A stretch of DNA of 64,000 bases from Trichoplax adhaerens (GCF_000150275.1 NW_002060951.1:1374297-1438296); one strand, 5' to 3'. Shown: positions 40,601-54,851, counted from the stretch's first letter. The notes: generated by a model from the sequence alone, not told the origin. Translations and numbers: made by a program.

Positions 40601-40720
40601 TATTAATATGATAGCTGAATACTCTTACACCTCCTCGTTGACTATAGCATAATTTCTGTTCATTATGTATGTTACAACCAATCTAGTTTTACGTTAGCAA
40701 CGATATAAGTTTACCTCCAT
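37607..40720 (-). CDS. FBXO9: F-box only protein 9
   Basis: Exons read [14 protein letters not shown], the TPR segment [31 protein letters not shown], the F-box [50 protein letters not shown], then [42 protein letters not shown] and the C-terminus FSRVKSY..LLS*. The start (ME|gt at 40720) and any tiny 5' exons are less certain. Confidence 0.9.
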
Positions 40721-40834
40721 ATCAGAATCATAGCCCACTTGATTAAATATTTTCGTAAGTTCCAGCGGCGGCTGCAGAATTATGGAATCTAATGTTTATG
40801 TAACAATATTGAGATATGGGCTTCAAAGTGCTTT

Positions 40835-41650
40835 ACCGAATACTGTGTACTGTACAGTACAGTACTGTACTACCTCTGTGCACCTACAGTACACTTGTAC
40901 CATGTTCAATACAGTTTGCGTTAGTATACAGTATATCAACAATGAGTAAAGTAACAAGCACAAGTACGCGAAATAAACGAGCGAGATGTATAATAATAGA
41001 TTAATGTTGTTACTAATTAAGAAATATTACAACATTAATCTGTAAAACGCTAACGTATAAATAACTTGAGCATTACCATTCTATGCAGACACTGCGATGA
41101 TCATGAGCGATGATGGGCTGATGGCAAATACTGTACACTGTACAGTACAGTAATGTCTGTGTGTAGGTGTCACGGCGATTTCTATCCGAGCTAGGCGTGA
41201 CCGTTGACTGACCAGTGACGTTCAACTGGCGAATGATGCGTTGGGACTTATTAAATATACAGTAGTTTATCATTCTACTGTTCTAGTACTGCAGGTAGTA
41301 AGTGTATGATCACTGGTGACGTATTTACTTTTATTTCATTTTATTTCATTTAATAATATTTAATAATTTTGTATTTTTATTTTTTAATGTACTGTACGGT
41401 ACAGTACAGTACGGAACAGTACTTTACACTGTACACTTGTACAATGTACAGTAGCGTACTAGCGTAGTCACGTGGTATGGTCACAGACCACAGCACATTA
41501 TACAGTACAGTATGCCAACTACAGTACTAGTTATACAGTATTGTACTGTACACTGTACAGTGTACACGTCAAATACCGTGCTCGCCAAGCATTTCAAGCA
41601 TCTGCACAGTATACTGAATGCTGGTGGTTATCACAGAATTTTACTACTGT
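40835..41650. promoter_or_regulatory. Divergent FBXO9/KIAA0319-like promoter with TACTGTAC/GTACAGTA arrays
   Basis: Clusters at 40840-40900, 41128-41152 and 41385-41570. Perfect palindromes TGTACTGTACAGTACA (40846-40861) and TGTACACTGTACAGTGTACA (41547-41566). Confidence 0.65.
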
Positions 41651-42037
41651 ATATGTGTGAATTTTCCTTGGCTGTGAATAGTCCTAATCTTTCCAAGGCA
41701 GAATAAGAGGTAGCCATGAAGAAACTATATATACTCTTGAATATTGTGGAATAGTAATAATTCTATCTAATGGCATTGTCTAACGTTAATAGATTAGTTC
41801 ATCGCGTACGTTACAATACAACGGGTGTATCGCGTCTTTGCTAGTTTTGTTTCTATCGTTACACCCGCAACACTGTACTGTCATTCTACAGTATATAATT
41901 TTCCAATAGGAGTAAAGAGCGACATCAATATTTGGAAATCTTTCTTCTAAACAATATTCAACTTTATTTGATTTATTCAAGAGAATTGATATCTGGCTTC
42001 TATTGCCATTGGCTTTACTGTGGCTAAATAACTGAAT

Positions 42038-45000
42038 ATGAGAACCATGATTAGCCATTACAAACAAATTGTGGTATGGTTTTATATCTTCATTTTCCTT
42101 TGGCCGCTTGTGACAGGTAAATATCGTACATACGCGTGCGTGTGACTAATAACAGAATAGTAAGGGAATATTTTCATTTCTTCCTTTCATTTTTCTATAA
42201 TTTGTAGTACTAACAGTAAACTAAAATATATTCCTTATCGATAGCATTGAGTATAATACGTTACAGTTAAGTAACTGTTAGTTATGCTGTACTTGCCCGG
42301 CTCTATTATAATTATTTATTCGTCTACTGTACTTCATGACACTTTGCTCGTACAATGATACGTAACTTCACATTAAGTCGGTTTCACTTCATTAGACGGT
42401 AAACAAGCGATGCTACTCTAATACTTTGTACACTCATACCCAAGTCTCGATTAAAAGGTATAAAAGCTAAACTTCATATATAATTTTTGTGCTGAGAATA
42501 CGCCATGAGTTTATAATAGGCACTTTAGTCTAGTGAACTCTAGATAAATGGTAGGATACACATCCAGCCATTCCTGTAGATTTGGGATGAGACGATAACC
42601 AATAGCCGTACGCGCACAGCAGCATACTGTATGACGTCATACTTTTTACTCTACTTTTTATGATAAATTTTCGTGTAGCCAAATTACCTTAATTTAACTT
42701 GTTTTTAATAGTATTCTAAGATAGAGCGGCTAAAACCAACTGCAATTGGTGTAGTGGCACAATTATGAAAGATCAAGCCAGAACACAAACACATATTAAT
42801 AAACAATACTTGTGTACTCTTATTGCCGAGCATTTGTCGTTAGGACAAAGAACAGGATTATACGATTCTGACAGACGACGACATAGTGATTGATAAGTAG
42901 ACTGATTCGATTTTTGGCATTACCAGATGTCTCACATTATTTTGCTGATGTAGAGTAGCTTAGTAACTAGTAATTAATATCATTGAGATATTTCAGCATA
43001 TAATTAAGACATCGAGTAAAAATCGTATCAGTCTATCGAACAATAAATAAATAGAAATAAGTAAAGATAATCCTCTCATAGTACCAGTACGTCTGAAATA
43101 ATCGTATTTCCAAAATACAGTACAGTACAGTAGTGGTAAAATAGGTTATGTACCAGACTGATCCCCTTTAAACTTATATTAATCCTTGCATCTTGCGCAT
43201 TTAATGAACTAGGTAGTTTTCAATCATAATAAACTCGATCACACTCAATTAGCAAATACACTACGTATTGTGATGGGAACTGCCTACTTTTAAACAAAGT
43301 TATCTTGCGTTTTTGCCTTGATCTAGTTATAGTTAACATTATTAGCTGAGAAGTAGACATCTAAACTTTTTTCCCCCCTCTTTGGTATGTAGCAAGAATC
43401 AATTTCGGAAGGAGAAGTTCCAGTTCATGCCAATATGGCAGACCAGTTACTGGTCGACAACCTGCAAATAATATAATATCTGATTATATCGTAAGTCTTG
43501 GTCGTGTGACGAGCTACAAGAGTTGTGTCCGATCATGTTGCCGTCGGCGAGGTTGCAATATGGTATGGATGGTAGGTCCTATGTGCTATCTTGTCAGCTG
43601 TCCTCAGAGTCCGTTATCCGGTTGCTTAATCAATAGTAAGGACGCGGATTCTTCCGTTATTCCTGTTCGAAATGGTAAGCAGATATAATTTACTATGGCG
43701 TATTATGTTATCCCTATCTTGTTAGTACACTGTATGCCGGAAAAGGGGTACAAAAATCCAGATCAAAAAAGTTCTATTTATTTGTATATTAAAATACGGT
43801 AATGACATAGCTTCATCATATTTAGAAAGAGTACTCGAATGTTACGATTTTTTTATATAAATTAAATACGAACGTATTTAAAATTTCTATTAGTAATTCT
43901 AATAAGCATCTGTGAACTGAAGTAGTGAAAGCCTTAAATGTACAGTAGCAATAAAAGTTTGGAAAAAATATCTGTTTTAATCCTTCTTAAAACTTAATAC
44001 ATCATTTACTATATAAGATTAGTGGTCGTTAAAGGAACCCATATAAGCAATATACTATAACTGTGCTAGAAACAAACGTTAACTTAATTGATTCCTAAGC
44101 CATCATAGTCATAATCACCACAATGCGTTCGTAATACAGGAGTTGAAGCGCCTGAACAGACTGAACAGTAATCTATCACGTAAAAGCATCCTAATGTGTA
44201 CACTGTACCGTATTTTCGCATACTAGCAGAAAAATTTTTGACTGCATACTGAGTAGCTAATTTCGTAGTCATGGATGCAGCATAACTTCTATATTAATAT
44301 ATGTGTTGGTGCACCTTCCTAACGAATATCAAGAAATCTTGCTAGTTATACATGTTGATAATAATTACAAACAATATTGTTACTCAGATACTGAAATTTT
44401 CTTTAAGCTTATTAATAGTTGTTGGTGTTGCCTAGATTTGTTGACACAAGTAGTCCAGCTGAAAGCAATTATCACTTATGATTTTTTAATATTGTTTGAT
44501 TAGTCTTTTTGATGCACTGATCAATTTAGCATCTGCCAAATGTGTTCTACGTTGCGCTTTATTGTATTGAAAGTATACTAAAATTATAAGTGAATGTACT
44601 ATTGTAACAATGTAGAATATCGTTGACTATAAATCGTAATACCTAAGCACATTCATGATATCGTGAAATACTGTAGAAGAGAAATATCCGAAACAACATT
44701 TGATATAATTAATTTATGATTGTTCACGCTACAGATGTCCGTGAACTCATTATTTAATTATCTTGGTGCGTAGTACTGTTTGAAAGTATTATATTGCCCA
44801 CAAAAATGAATTCTTTATAAACTGTCTGCTGTATGTATTCATATGTCTCATCATTCATCAGCTGTGTAACATCTGAATCTCTTGAGTTGTTGCTCTTTCA
44901 ACCGCTGATTAGAAATTTTACGGCATAAATTCCAGCTTTTAAGTACTTACTACTATTCTATCGATTTTTATCAGATCTTAATTAAAGCATAATAACATCG

Positions 45001-48000
45001 TGTCTAATATCTATTGTAGTAGGATTAATTAACTTTTCTCTAACAACTCTACAGAGTTAATTGTACCTCTGTATAATGTAGTTATTAACAGCAGAGCTTC
45101 ATATTAATTTTTTGGCTAGTCAGGCTTAAAGTATGGCCCTGACTCCTGACTTTACCGCCATCATGAGAAAAAATTCTTATTTCGATGCCCATTATGAAGA
45201 TTTTTCTGACTTAGATTTCATAATAATAATAATAATTGTTATCTTAACAGTAAATCAGGTTCAGCAAGAGCCAAATTCTACCATCTCGAATGGCAATAAT
45301 TATTCCCGAACTGAAGGAGTGACCATGTCAACTACCGATTTGGTAGATAAAACAACTACTTCCCGGAAAGAAATCACTAATAAGACAAATCGTATTACAA
45401 CTACAGTGGTTACTTCATCACCCGGAGGAGCTGGTGTTACTACTAATGGAGATAGTAGCAACAGTAACAATATACAAGATTCAAAAAATGATGATAAAGA
45501 ATCACAGAATGGCTTAAATGATAGTAATGATTCAGAAGGTTCACAAATGCAAGATCGCAAGCTTGGTAGTATCTGTTCTACTACTCTCGATTGTCATAAA
45601 AACGAATTTTGTTGGGTTAAACTAACTAAGGGAATATCTAATTGTATATGCAAAAGGGAATATATAAGACAAAATAATGTCTGTGTTTTGCGAGATTCTC
45701 AATCAACGCGCTGTAACATAGTGAATGGTGAAGGCTGTGATCAAAATGAGGAATGTGTTATAGACCATCGCCGGGTTGCTATTTGTCAATGCAAAGATGA
45801 ATTTACGCGTGATCCGATAAGCAAAAATTGCGTCAATATACACCAAAATGATAATACTAAGCATTGCCAAGCAGATGACGATTGTCCACATAATTCTGAA
45901 TGCGTAATGGGAACAACGCTTCGGCATTCAAAATGCCTTTGCCGAAATGGGTTTGTGTTAAATGGCGACAACACTAAATGTGTTCTAAAGGCAGATAATA
46001 ATAAAAGTAGTGATCACCTTTCATTGTTCCTGAAAAGGCGGTGCTCAACTAATATACGTTGCCCTCCGCATGCTTCTTGCGAAACATCAAAGCATCGGTG
46101 CTTTTGTCAAGAAGGCTCCCGACCGGATTCTAGTCATATACTTTGCATTTTAAACAGTGAACTTGATGCAGGAAAAAGTTATGCAACACCATCAAAGTCT
46201 ACAGTTAGAGCAACTTCATCGAAACCCATCATTTCTACCAGAAAAACTTCAAGTCCAACATTAACAACAACATCGCTTCACATTACTACTAGGGTGGCTT
46301 CTTCTACAGCTCATCCAAGTACACCATCGCAAAGGGCTACTACCTCTGCTAAGAAGTATATAACGGCATCTAGTGAGTCCGCTACTGTAGCTACTCAGGC
46401 CCCTACAACGCAACAACAATCTATTTCAACCAAGACAGTAATATCCACTAAAACTGCTATCACAACAAAACTTTCGTTTCGAACAACTGTTCATTCTCAA
46501 CTTCCTACCGCAACGCATATTAAAGGTATCATTATTTATATCATTTTAATACGCATAGTTCCTGATGTGGTATTTATGTTTTCATTTCTTTTCAGAACTT
46601 CAAGTCGATGTCGGCTTTAATCGAAATATCACTTTACCAGTAAATAGCATTACTATATATGGTGCGGCTTGGCCGCCATCGCCTAAAAATCACCCTTATA
46701 GCTTCGAATGGAGTAAAGTTTTCTCTCCTGCTAACAGTAAAGCTATCATAGCTGGTCAACATACGGCATTACTGTCGTTATCAAATATAGATGTCCCTGG
46801 TGTTTATGGATTAAAATTGACTGTTCGAAGTGAAGCTAGTTACGGTCATGGGTTCGTTAATGTAACCGTTTTTCCTGGTAATTAAATTAAGTTTAATAAC
46901 ATGCTTATTATTTAGCGCTCGTGTTTTAAAAATAAGTCGAATTGACAACTGCATTCACCATATTTTTACTTTTAGCCGTTCGTAATAATAAGCCTCCGGT
47001 AGCAGTCATCTATCCAAAATTCAAGGAGATAACTCTACCTATACAAAAGTTTGTCCTAGATGGGTCTCGCAGTTCGGATGATGATAAGATTGTTAAGTAT
47101 GAGTGGGAATTAGTTGCTGGTCCTTTAAATTATTATTTAAAGAAAAAAACGAACCCAGTCTTGCAACTAACGAAGTTAGATCCCGGTAATTACGACTTTA
47201 AACTTACTGTAACCGACTCGGATGGAGTAAAAAATTCAACCCTAGCTAGAATTAAAGTCAATAAAGGTATTGCGTTTTATGCCTCAACTTTAACTCTTGA
47301 GTATAGCTTCAATAAGATTAAATACGTTCAATAATTTTAATTTATTTATAGCGATGGATTATAAGCCAGTGGCCCTGCCGGGTCCGGATGTTTTATTGTA
47401 TCTACCACAAAATTCTGTCGTTTTGAATGGTAGCGGGAGTTACGATGATAATGGAATTGTTCGATATGCTTGGACAAAATTACATGGTTCACCAGAGATT
47501 GCAGATATGCAGGTAGATTTTAATTCAAATGTTTCATGTTAATGACAGAATGTTTTCAGTTTATAATAAAATTTATTTATATCCTAAGGGTACGACATCG
47601 CCAGTATTGCATGTAACAAATCTAGTTGAAGGACACTACGTTTTCCAGTTAAATGTTACTGATACTGCTGGGCAAATGGCTTCAGCAACAGTGACTGTAG
47701 TGGTTCAACCAGAAGATAATAAGCCTCCTAAGGCAGTAGCTGGTCCTGATAAAGATCTAGTTTCACCTGATGATTCGACTTTTCTTGATGGTTCGTCCAG
47801 TAGTGATGACCGTGGCATTGTTTCGTATTTATGGCGCAAAGTCAGGTATTTTTAGATTGAAAGCTTTCCTACCAATTGAGACTGATTATTCACAAAAGTT
47901 TTAATCATTTTTAGTGGTCCAAATTCGTTTGTAATGTCTGGAGCTAAGACAAGTCAGCTAAAATTGACTAAGCTTAAACTAGGGACATACGTCTTTGAGC

Positions 48001-49854
48001 TGATTGTAACAGACGATCGCGGTTTACAAGGAAAGGACACTGTCAACGTATTCGTAAAGAAAGGTTAGATTACACGTTAAATACTTAAAAAGGCTTTTCT
48101 GAAAGTATACAATTCAACATCGACTTTCAAGTTATATTTAATATTGTATTGTGGTCAATAAAACATTTTACCAGATGATAACAAAGCTCCCGTTGCGAAA
48201 ATTAATGGCGATGTGACTGTGAAACTACCCAAGAATGAAGCTGTATTAAACGGCTCTTTATCAAGCGATGATTATGGAATAGTTAGATATGAATGGACGC
48301 GTTCCAGCAATAGTCCTGCCATTGCGGTAGGTTTGTATTTCTAAAATTTTTAAGAGTTATTTAATACTTATGCTTAGCTATTATTCCCTTAATAGACCAT
48401 ACTTGAGGATTCAGATCATAAGCCAATCCTACGGTTGGCAGGTTTAGTGGTAGGAAAGTACACATTCACGCTCAAAGTTGTTGATCAGAAAGGACTGTAC
48501 AGCGTTGACAAAGCTACAATTACAGTCGTAAAAGGTGAGTACAACAATATAAAATAGAAGATGAAGGGTGACTTTAGTCATAATTAATAAGACTTATCTT
48601 ATCATAGGTGATGCTATGGAAAATCTTGTTGAAGTAAAGATCGATACCCAGGGTCATACATTTACCAATCAGAATAAAATGAATTTATTGACTACTATTT
48701 CGCTAAGTTTGGGAATATCAGGCGATAAGATTAAGATTGATAATATCCATGAAATTAATTCCGGCGGGTTAGTATCTCGGTTTATACTCTAAGGAGCAGT
48801 TTTGCGGTATAAAGTTCTTATCATTGTAATCTCTTAATTCTATAAATTTTACAGGATATCAGTAGTTTTTTACATAGTTGATGATAATGGTAAGGTGCAA
48901 AAGGGAGCAGAAATCGTTTCAACATTAAAATCAAAGGCATTTAAAAATCTAAACCGAAAGTATTGGATTGTTGCAATAGATACTTATCGTAAGTGATATC
49001 TCGTGAATATAAAGGATATTGTCATGCGTTAATTTTGGCAAATTCAGCTATTAAATTATGTTACTTTAAATCAGGAACTTAATATTTTTACTTAGTGTGT
49101 CATAACAATTGCTCTGGTCATGGCGTGTGCGATAATTTGTCCAAGAGATGTGTGTGTAATAGTTTTTGGATGGAAAATTTTATTAAAGCGGGCATTCAGG
49201 GGCAAAGTAACTGTGGTAAGTAGTACAAAAATTCTATTTTAAGCTCTAATATTTACTTCAAAAGCTTTGTAATTTTATAGCTAGAATAGAAGATATATTG
49301 AGATACTTGCTAATGTTTACTATTAATGCTCGTGATTTTTAGAATGGAGCATACTTTATGTTATTATCATATGTGCTAGCTGCGTGATTGCCATTGTATC
49401 GATTATATGGTTCATATTGTATTGTTGTAGACGGTATGTACAGAACGTGGACTTTTATGAAGAATTTTTTATAGAAAGTTGTTTTAAAATTTTATAATAT
49501 TATCCTTCTAGAAGAAGAAATAAAAATTTGCGTAGGCAAAAATTTACTATGCTGGAAGATAAGAACTCGAAAAATGAAATGAAATCGCGTTCTAAAAGTA
49601 ACTTTAATAATCTGATAATTTTAGAGTATTATAGCCGATTTTGGGTAGTTTTTAATCAAAATGTTATTTTTTTATTAAAAGATCGTTTTAGAAAGTCGAA
49701 CCTTTTTGCAAGTGATTCCGATGATAGTGATGAAGACACATTATTTGATGCTAACAGCTCAGTAAAAAATCATGTAAAACCCACTGCAGGAAGTACCACT
49801 CATAATCTGAAGTTGAATGGTGGATTAAAACGCAATAAGACTGAAAAAGTGTAA
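42038..49854 (+). CDS. KIAA0319L: KIAA0319/KIAA0319L(AAVR)-like type I membrane protein: signal peptide, MANSC, Cys-rich modules, S/T stalk, 5 PKD domains, EGF-like, TM
   Basis: Signal-peptide exon 42038-42116. MANSC-like exon 43393-43674 (CVRSCCRRRGCNMVWM...CYLVSC). PKD repeats such as NKPPVAVI..ITLP..LDGSRSSDDDKIVKYEW..Y.F.LTVTD. C-terminal CSGHGVCDNLSKRCVCNSFWMENF..SNCEWSILYV TM, followed by a cytoplasmic SDSDDSDEDTLF motif. Confidence 0.92.
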
Positions 49855-51308
49855 CAGATCTCTATAAATTTATTAATGAAATGTGATATACCTATATAAA
49901 AAATGGTTTAAAATTTGCAATTTATTGTACCGTACAGTTTGTCTTTACTAGATAAATTACAGTACCACGATGCGGAAGCAGTTCTCGCTTTTAATATAAT
50001 CCATTGCATAATGATAGCATGTACAGTAATTAATAAATAATCATTTACTTACATCCATTTACCACTAATTTGTAATACTAGTCCAAGAAAGTCTATCATA
50101 TTTTCAAATGTTTTTTCTTAAATTATTGTTATGAACTTGCTTTACTTGAATTGATGTAGAGGTGAAATAATGTATAAATGATTCATTGATTAATTACTAA
50201 ATTATTATGAGTATTATTCTGTACTTCATAGTGATTTTGTCTAAATAGATTGACGTAAGTAATTAAAATGTTGAGATGTATGTTATACAAATTTTAGGGG
50301 TTTATGATCAAACATTTTTTTAACTGTTTTATAATTATGTCAATATTCAAATTCGTATCTGTAACATAGATTAAGGTTTATGGATTATGGCTAGGTGAGA
50401 TTTCATCCTTCCCATACAAAGCTAAATTCTATTTTGTTTCTTACTGTAATATCTATACCTGTCATACCAACGATATTTATTAATGAAACTACGATAGGAA
50501 TCATGACAATAATAAACCAACAATTATTAAGCATCTTATCGTTTGATACTACTGACTAGGCGAAATTGTCAATATGCATATAAGATAGATCTCGCCTGTA
50601 ATCTGATATGGTGCAGCATTTCATGAACAGCGCAACTCATTATAATCACCTCTTTCATTTGTTTATTATTTAGTAATTCCTCAGACTGTTTGTACACTGT
50701 ACAGCCTATTAAATTTATTACTTAAGTAGTTGCACAAGGTTGAACTAAAAAAATTTAAATTTATTCAGCCTGATTACATAATGTTATCTAAATACTCGTA
50801 TGTCAACGTACTTCCTGTTCCTATTATGATACACGTATGCATGATATGTTTTGGTAAAGAAAAACTTTTGCGATACTCTATAAGCTAAATCACTATCTTA
50901 AACGACCAAAGTTCAGAAATCAAGTCACATTACAATCTCGAATCATTAATAAGAGAAGCGTAGCTTCTTATGGGTTCATTTAGTTAAGAATTAGCTTGGT
51001 AAAAATTTCTACAAACAGGATATGACCTATAAAGGAGTATTTCTACAATTTAAGTGCTGATCAATTATGTAGCTAATACCAACATTGGTACATGTTACAA
51101 ATTGTTAGATTAATTTCATCGACCATTTCCAAAGGAATATGACATATTCGCTCATGGTACAAATACTAACCACAAAACTGCAATAAAATGAATTAAATAG
51201 TAGTAACTAGCTGTCAGTTTTCAATACAGAAATGGAATACATGTCATCTAATATTCTAAAGTTACAATACATAGAGAGCAAAAGGAATTGAAAGTATTTA
51301 TATATGCA

Positions 51309-54038
51309 TTAAGGTTTGTTCAAGACGACCATACTCATAAAATCTTCATAACCTATACGGATAGTTCCTGCTTGTTGAGTATCTCGATTGCGGAAAGCAT
51401 CAGTTAATTGCTTTAAAAGTACACAAACTTGAATAAACATATCCATTTTCAATCCTCGACGAGACTGAGGATCGAATCGTGCGATAATCAAATTAACAAA
51501 TTGTGACGATAATCTAAATCCCATTTGTGAAACAGCGATACCAAGTTCCTGTGCGTTGATTACCCCGGTTCTATCGGTATCAAATTTATTGAAGACTTGT
51601 CGCCATTCCTGTACATAACGCCAAAGACCACGAAATTCATCGAAACTAATGGTTCCATTGTGATCCGTATCGAACATGGCTATAATTATAAAATATCGTG
51701 ACGATAAGATTTACAAAAATAGACTTGAATTATTAACATTGATGACTTACGCATGTGGTATTTATGTTGATTAGATCCGGTATGTTAAGATATGCGTATG
51801 TTATACACAAACTAGGTAATGACAACATGAAAGCTATAATACGCATATTTACAGTATTGAGATAGATTAAAAATATGCTAATAATATAAAGAATCGCTCG
51901 CCGTTTGAATTGAACATATAAAAATTTCTAGATACATCTAATTATTTACATAAATTATAGACCCAAATCATATTTACTGAGGTCGGTTGCATTTTAAGTT
52001 AAAGTACTCCGAATGGTTATGGGTATAATTTAATGAAAAAAAGATAGGAGAAAATGACTATTTCGGGAAAGCGTATAAACTTCAACAATAATCCATAAAT
52101 ATTATTTGCTCTATATTGTAAAAATATAATGTGCTACTGCGATACAAAGCAGCATTTAGAAAGTAAAACAACCTTCGCCAGCTCAAGGATAAAATTATTA
52201 TAATTTATTTATTTTACATCATTTCCTAGTAGTCATATCATGAGCATTTTATACCTATCATCAGTCGGCATGTTTCAGCATTAAAACTGGTCCAATTAGC
52301 ATTAGTCAAAGCAGCTTGTAATTCTGTTACTGTAATTTTTCCAGTTTTGTCGCGATCGACAGCTTGAAACCAAGACCATAATTCTGCATCTGGATTAGGT
52401 TGCTGTGGTTGTCCGTAAGGTGCAGCTCCAAATGCTTGTGCAGGAGGAGCTTGAGTATATCCTCCATATGCTGGTTGTTGTTGTTGTTGATGACCATGGC
52501 AGGGCAGGTTGAGCAGGTTGCCCTGGCTGCTGTCCATATTGATTAGGATTGTAACCTTGCTGATAATCTTAAAAAGAGTATTAAACAGGTAAAGATGCGA
52601 TGTATGACGGTATAAGTTGATAAAATTTATAGTAAAGCAATATCTTAGTCAGATTGTAGAAGTAGTACAGATTTATTTATGAATAACATATACGTGTACA
52701 GAATAATCCATATATACATGAATGCAGTATCAAGAATTAATAAATTAATTATCAGATTGAAAGTCATATAAAGTAAAAAGTACAAGTACAGTACACAAAG
52801 TAATGCGAGCGAGGGTTCCACTAGTAATTGATTATTATGATAAATGGAATCGATTATAGCCATTTTATTTTCGTATCATTGAAAGATCTTTAAAAAGGAT
52901 TTGTTGTCTTCTATTGGTAAAGGTTCCATAACACTACGGTGTCGAGAGAGTACATCCAATGATCTGTGGAATCGATGATCAATTTTACAATGTGCAGAGA
53001 TCTTTAACGAAGGACTCATTATCTTGCATTGACAGGAGTGTTGCAGATTGATAGAACTATGGCGTATAGAGAGCGCATTGAATGAAGCATGGAATCGATG
53101 ATTAATTTTAGTGTGATGGAAAAATCTTTTACGATGGATTGGTTGTCTACCATTTGTAAAAGTGCTATCGATACTCGTATCTAGCGCTATGGGACGAAGC
53201 AAGCATACGAATATCATGATACAGTATATGGAATAGATCATCGATGATCAATTTTAGCGTGATGGAAAGATCTTTTACGAAGAGTTCAATATCTTGGGAT
53301 AGCTTTAATAGTTTGTATCATGGCTAAGATATACTCCTATCTTTTGTTTTATTTATATTTATTTTTTCTTACAAAGTACGCTTATATCAGTTCAAAAATG
53401 ATAAATTGGATGTCACTTGTTTTGTAAGATGAAGACTGTAAACGGTATAGAACAGTTTCATCGACAGAGGTAGGAAGTTGTCACACTACAGTAGTGTAAT
53501 CTGTCTTGCTAATACTATACTCTATTGTAAGAATTTTGAAAGCAACAATAGTTTTGCTACAGCCTGCTAAATCGATTTCGAATTCGATATACGCTCATAA
53601 TAGAATAAGCATGTATTCCCCGTTAGCATTAATTATAATTAATTCAATTTAATTAAACGATAAGATCCAAAATGAGAGACTATTGACGCTATGGGCAATT
53701 CTTCTCTTGCACAACTCACTCATCTACTGGCAGCATTATCGATTGGAGGGTAATCTATTGTTGATTATACAATATCACTGTACATGCTAGTGTCCATCAG
53801 TACAGTATAGTAGTCCTTAATTGAGTTGATTGAATCTGCTCTAGTCATTAACGGATTAATTACATGCCAAGAGAGTACGCCCTTAAGGTAAACTAGGTTA
53901 TTTGCATCTGTTTGCATCCCGCACTGGCAGTATATATCTTTTTACAATATTTTACTATCAATATATAATCCATTCATCGAATAACTTACTAGGTTGTCCG
54001 TAATTGCCGTAGTTGGGTGGTTGGCCGTAACCTGACAT
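51309..54038 (-). CDS. PEF1: Peflin (penta-EF-hand protein with G/P/Q/Y-rich N-terminus); apparent frameshift in exon 2
   Basis: Exons 54038-53990 (MSGYGQPPNYGNYGQP), 52567-52255 and 51679-51309. PEF domain WSWFQAVDRDKTGKI..NWTSFNAETCRLMIAMFD..FIQVCVLLKQLTDAFRNRD..YEDFMSM. The reading frame shifts at ~52500. Confidence 0.85.
52843..53297. repeat. Degenerate ~120-135-bp tandem repeat (~4 copies) inside PEF1 intron 1
   Basis: ggaatcgatgat.aatttta....atg..aa.atcttt.acga.g at ~52846, ~52968, ~53091 and ~53240. Confidence 0.75.
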
Positions 54039-54189
54039 TATTCAAATGATATAGCTAATTTCTTGTCTAAAATAGCAAGCTTCCAACGGTGCAATGTGAT
54101 TTTTTTTGAAGTAGAAATATTAATCGGCGTTTCGTTGATGGGCAGTTGATCAATACTAAAGTCTGTAACATGATGGAGCGGGTTTATAC

Positions 54190-54480
54190 AGTATAGTATA
54201 CTGTACACTGTACACTGTAGTTTCTTGTGTACTGTACACTCAGAATCAAATTGAATGCGCATGAGTCATGACTACTATACTGTACTGTACTGTACAGTGT
54301 ACAGTATTACAAATTTTTACTGATACTGTACTGTACACTCATTATGCAGTACAGACGGACAGGCAGACCACAATGGTATTGGACCGAACCGAACCTTTCT
54401 TAGGTCTAAACTGTGCAGTATGTACAGTACAGTAGTGTTAGTGGTTATGTTGGTGGTAATCGTTAGTACAGTACTGTACT
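54190..54480. promoter_or_regulatory. Divergent PEF1/GEMIN7 promoter with TACTGTAC arrays and an AP-1-like site
   Basis: Dense (A)CTGTAC(A) repeats at 54199-54240, 54277-54340 and 54415-54480. TGCGCATG overlaps TGAGTCA at 54256-54268. Confidence 0.6.
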
Positions 54481-54851
54481 GTTGGTTTAATAAGCAAATA
54501 CTCGTTTCCTTCAAAAAAGTCAATTACTGTCCTACAGCTCGTTGAACTAGACTGGACCATCTTGAAGATTGAGCCAGAATCGCAAGAGAAACCCTTGGTT
54601 CGCAGCTATAGTACAGTTGTAAGCAGCAAATAAATACTGTATTCTTGAACAGTAGCTCATAAGATTTAGAAACAATTTGTATCTGGATATGGCGCAGATT
54701 GTGTCCATTGCTGCCTGACAAGTTAAGAATATCATTGCATGAGGCGAAGCTAGCAACTGAGAGAGAAACGATCATATCTAGAGTGAGCTACGAGTAGACG
54801 CAAGGTCAACCAGGACTTGTCGAGTTGAAGGTAAAGAAGAGGACTACCAAT

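Noticed and set aside
40816-41706. ORFs rich in YSTVQYCTV (also 20985-21176, 54038-54523, 58956-59282)
   Set aside because: They are translations of the TACTGTAC promoter arrays, with no protein-like features or splice support.
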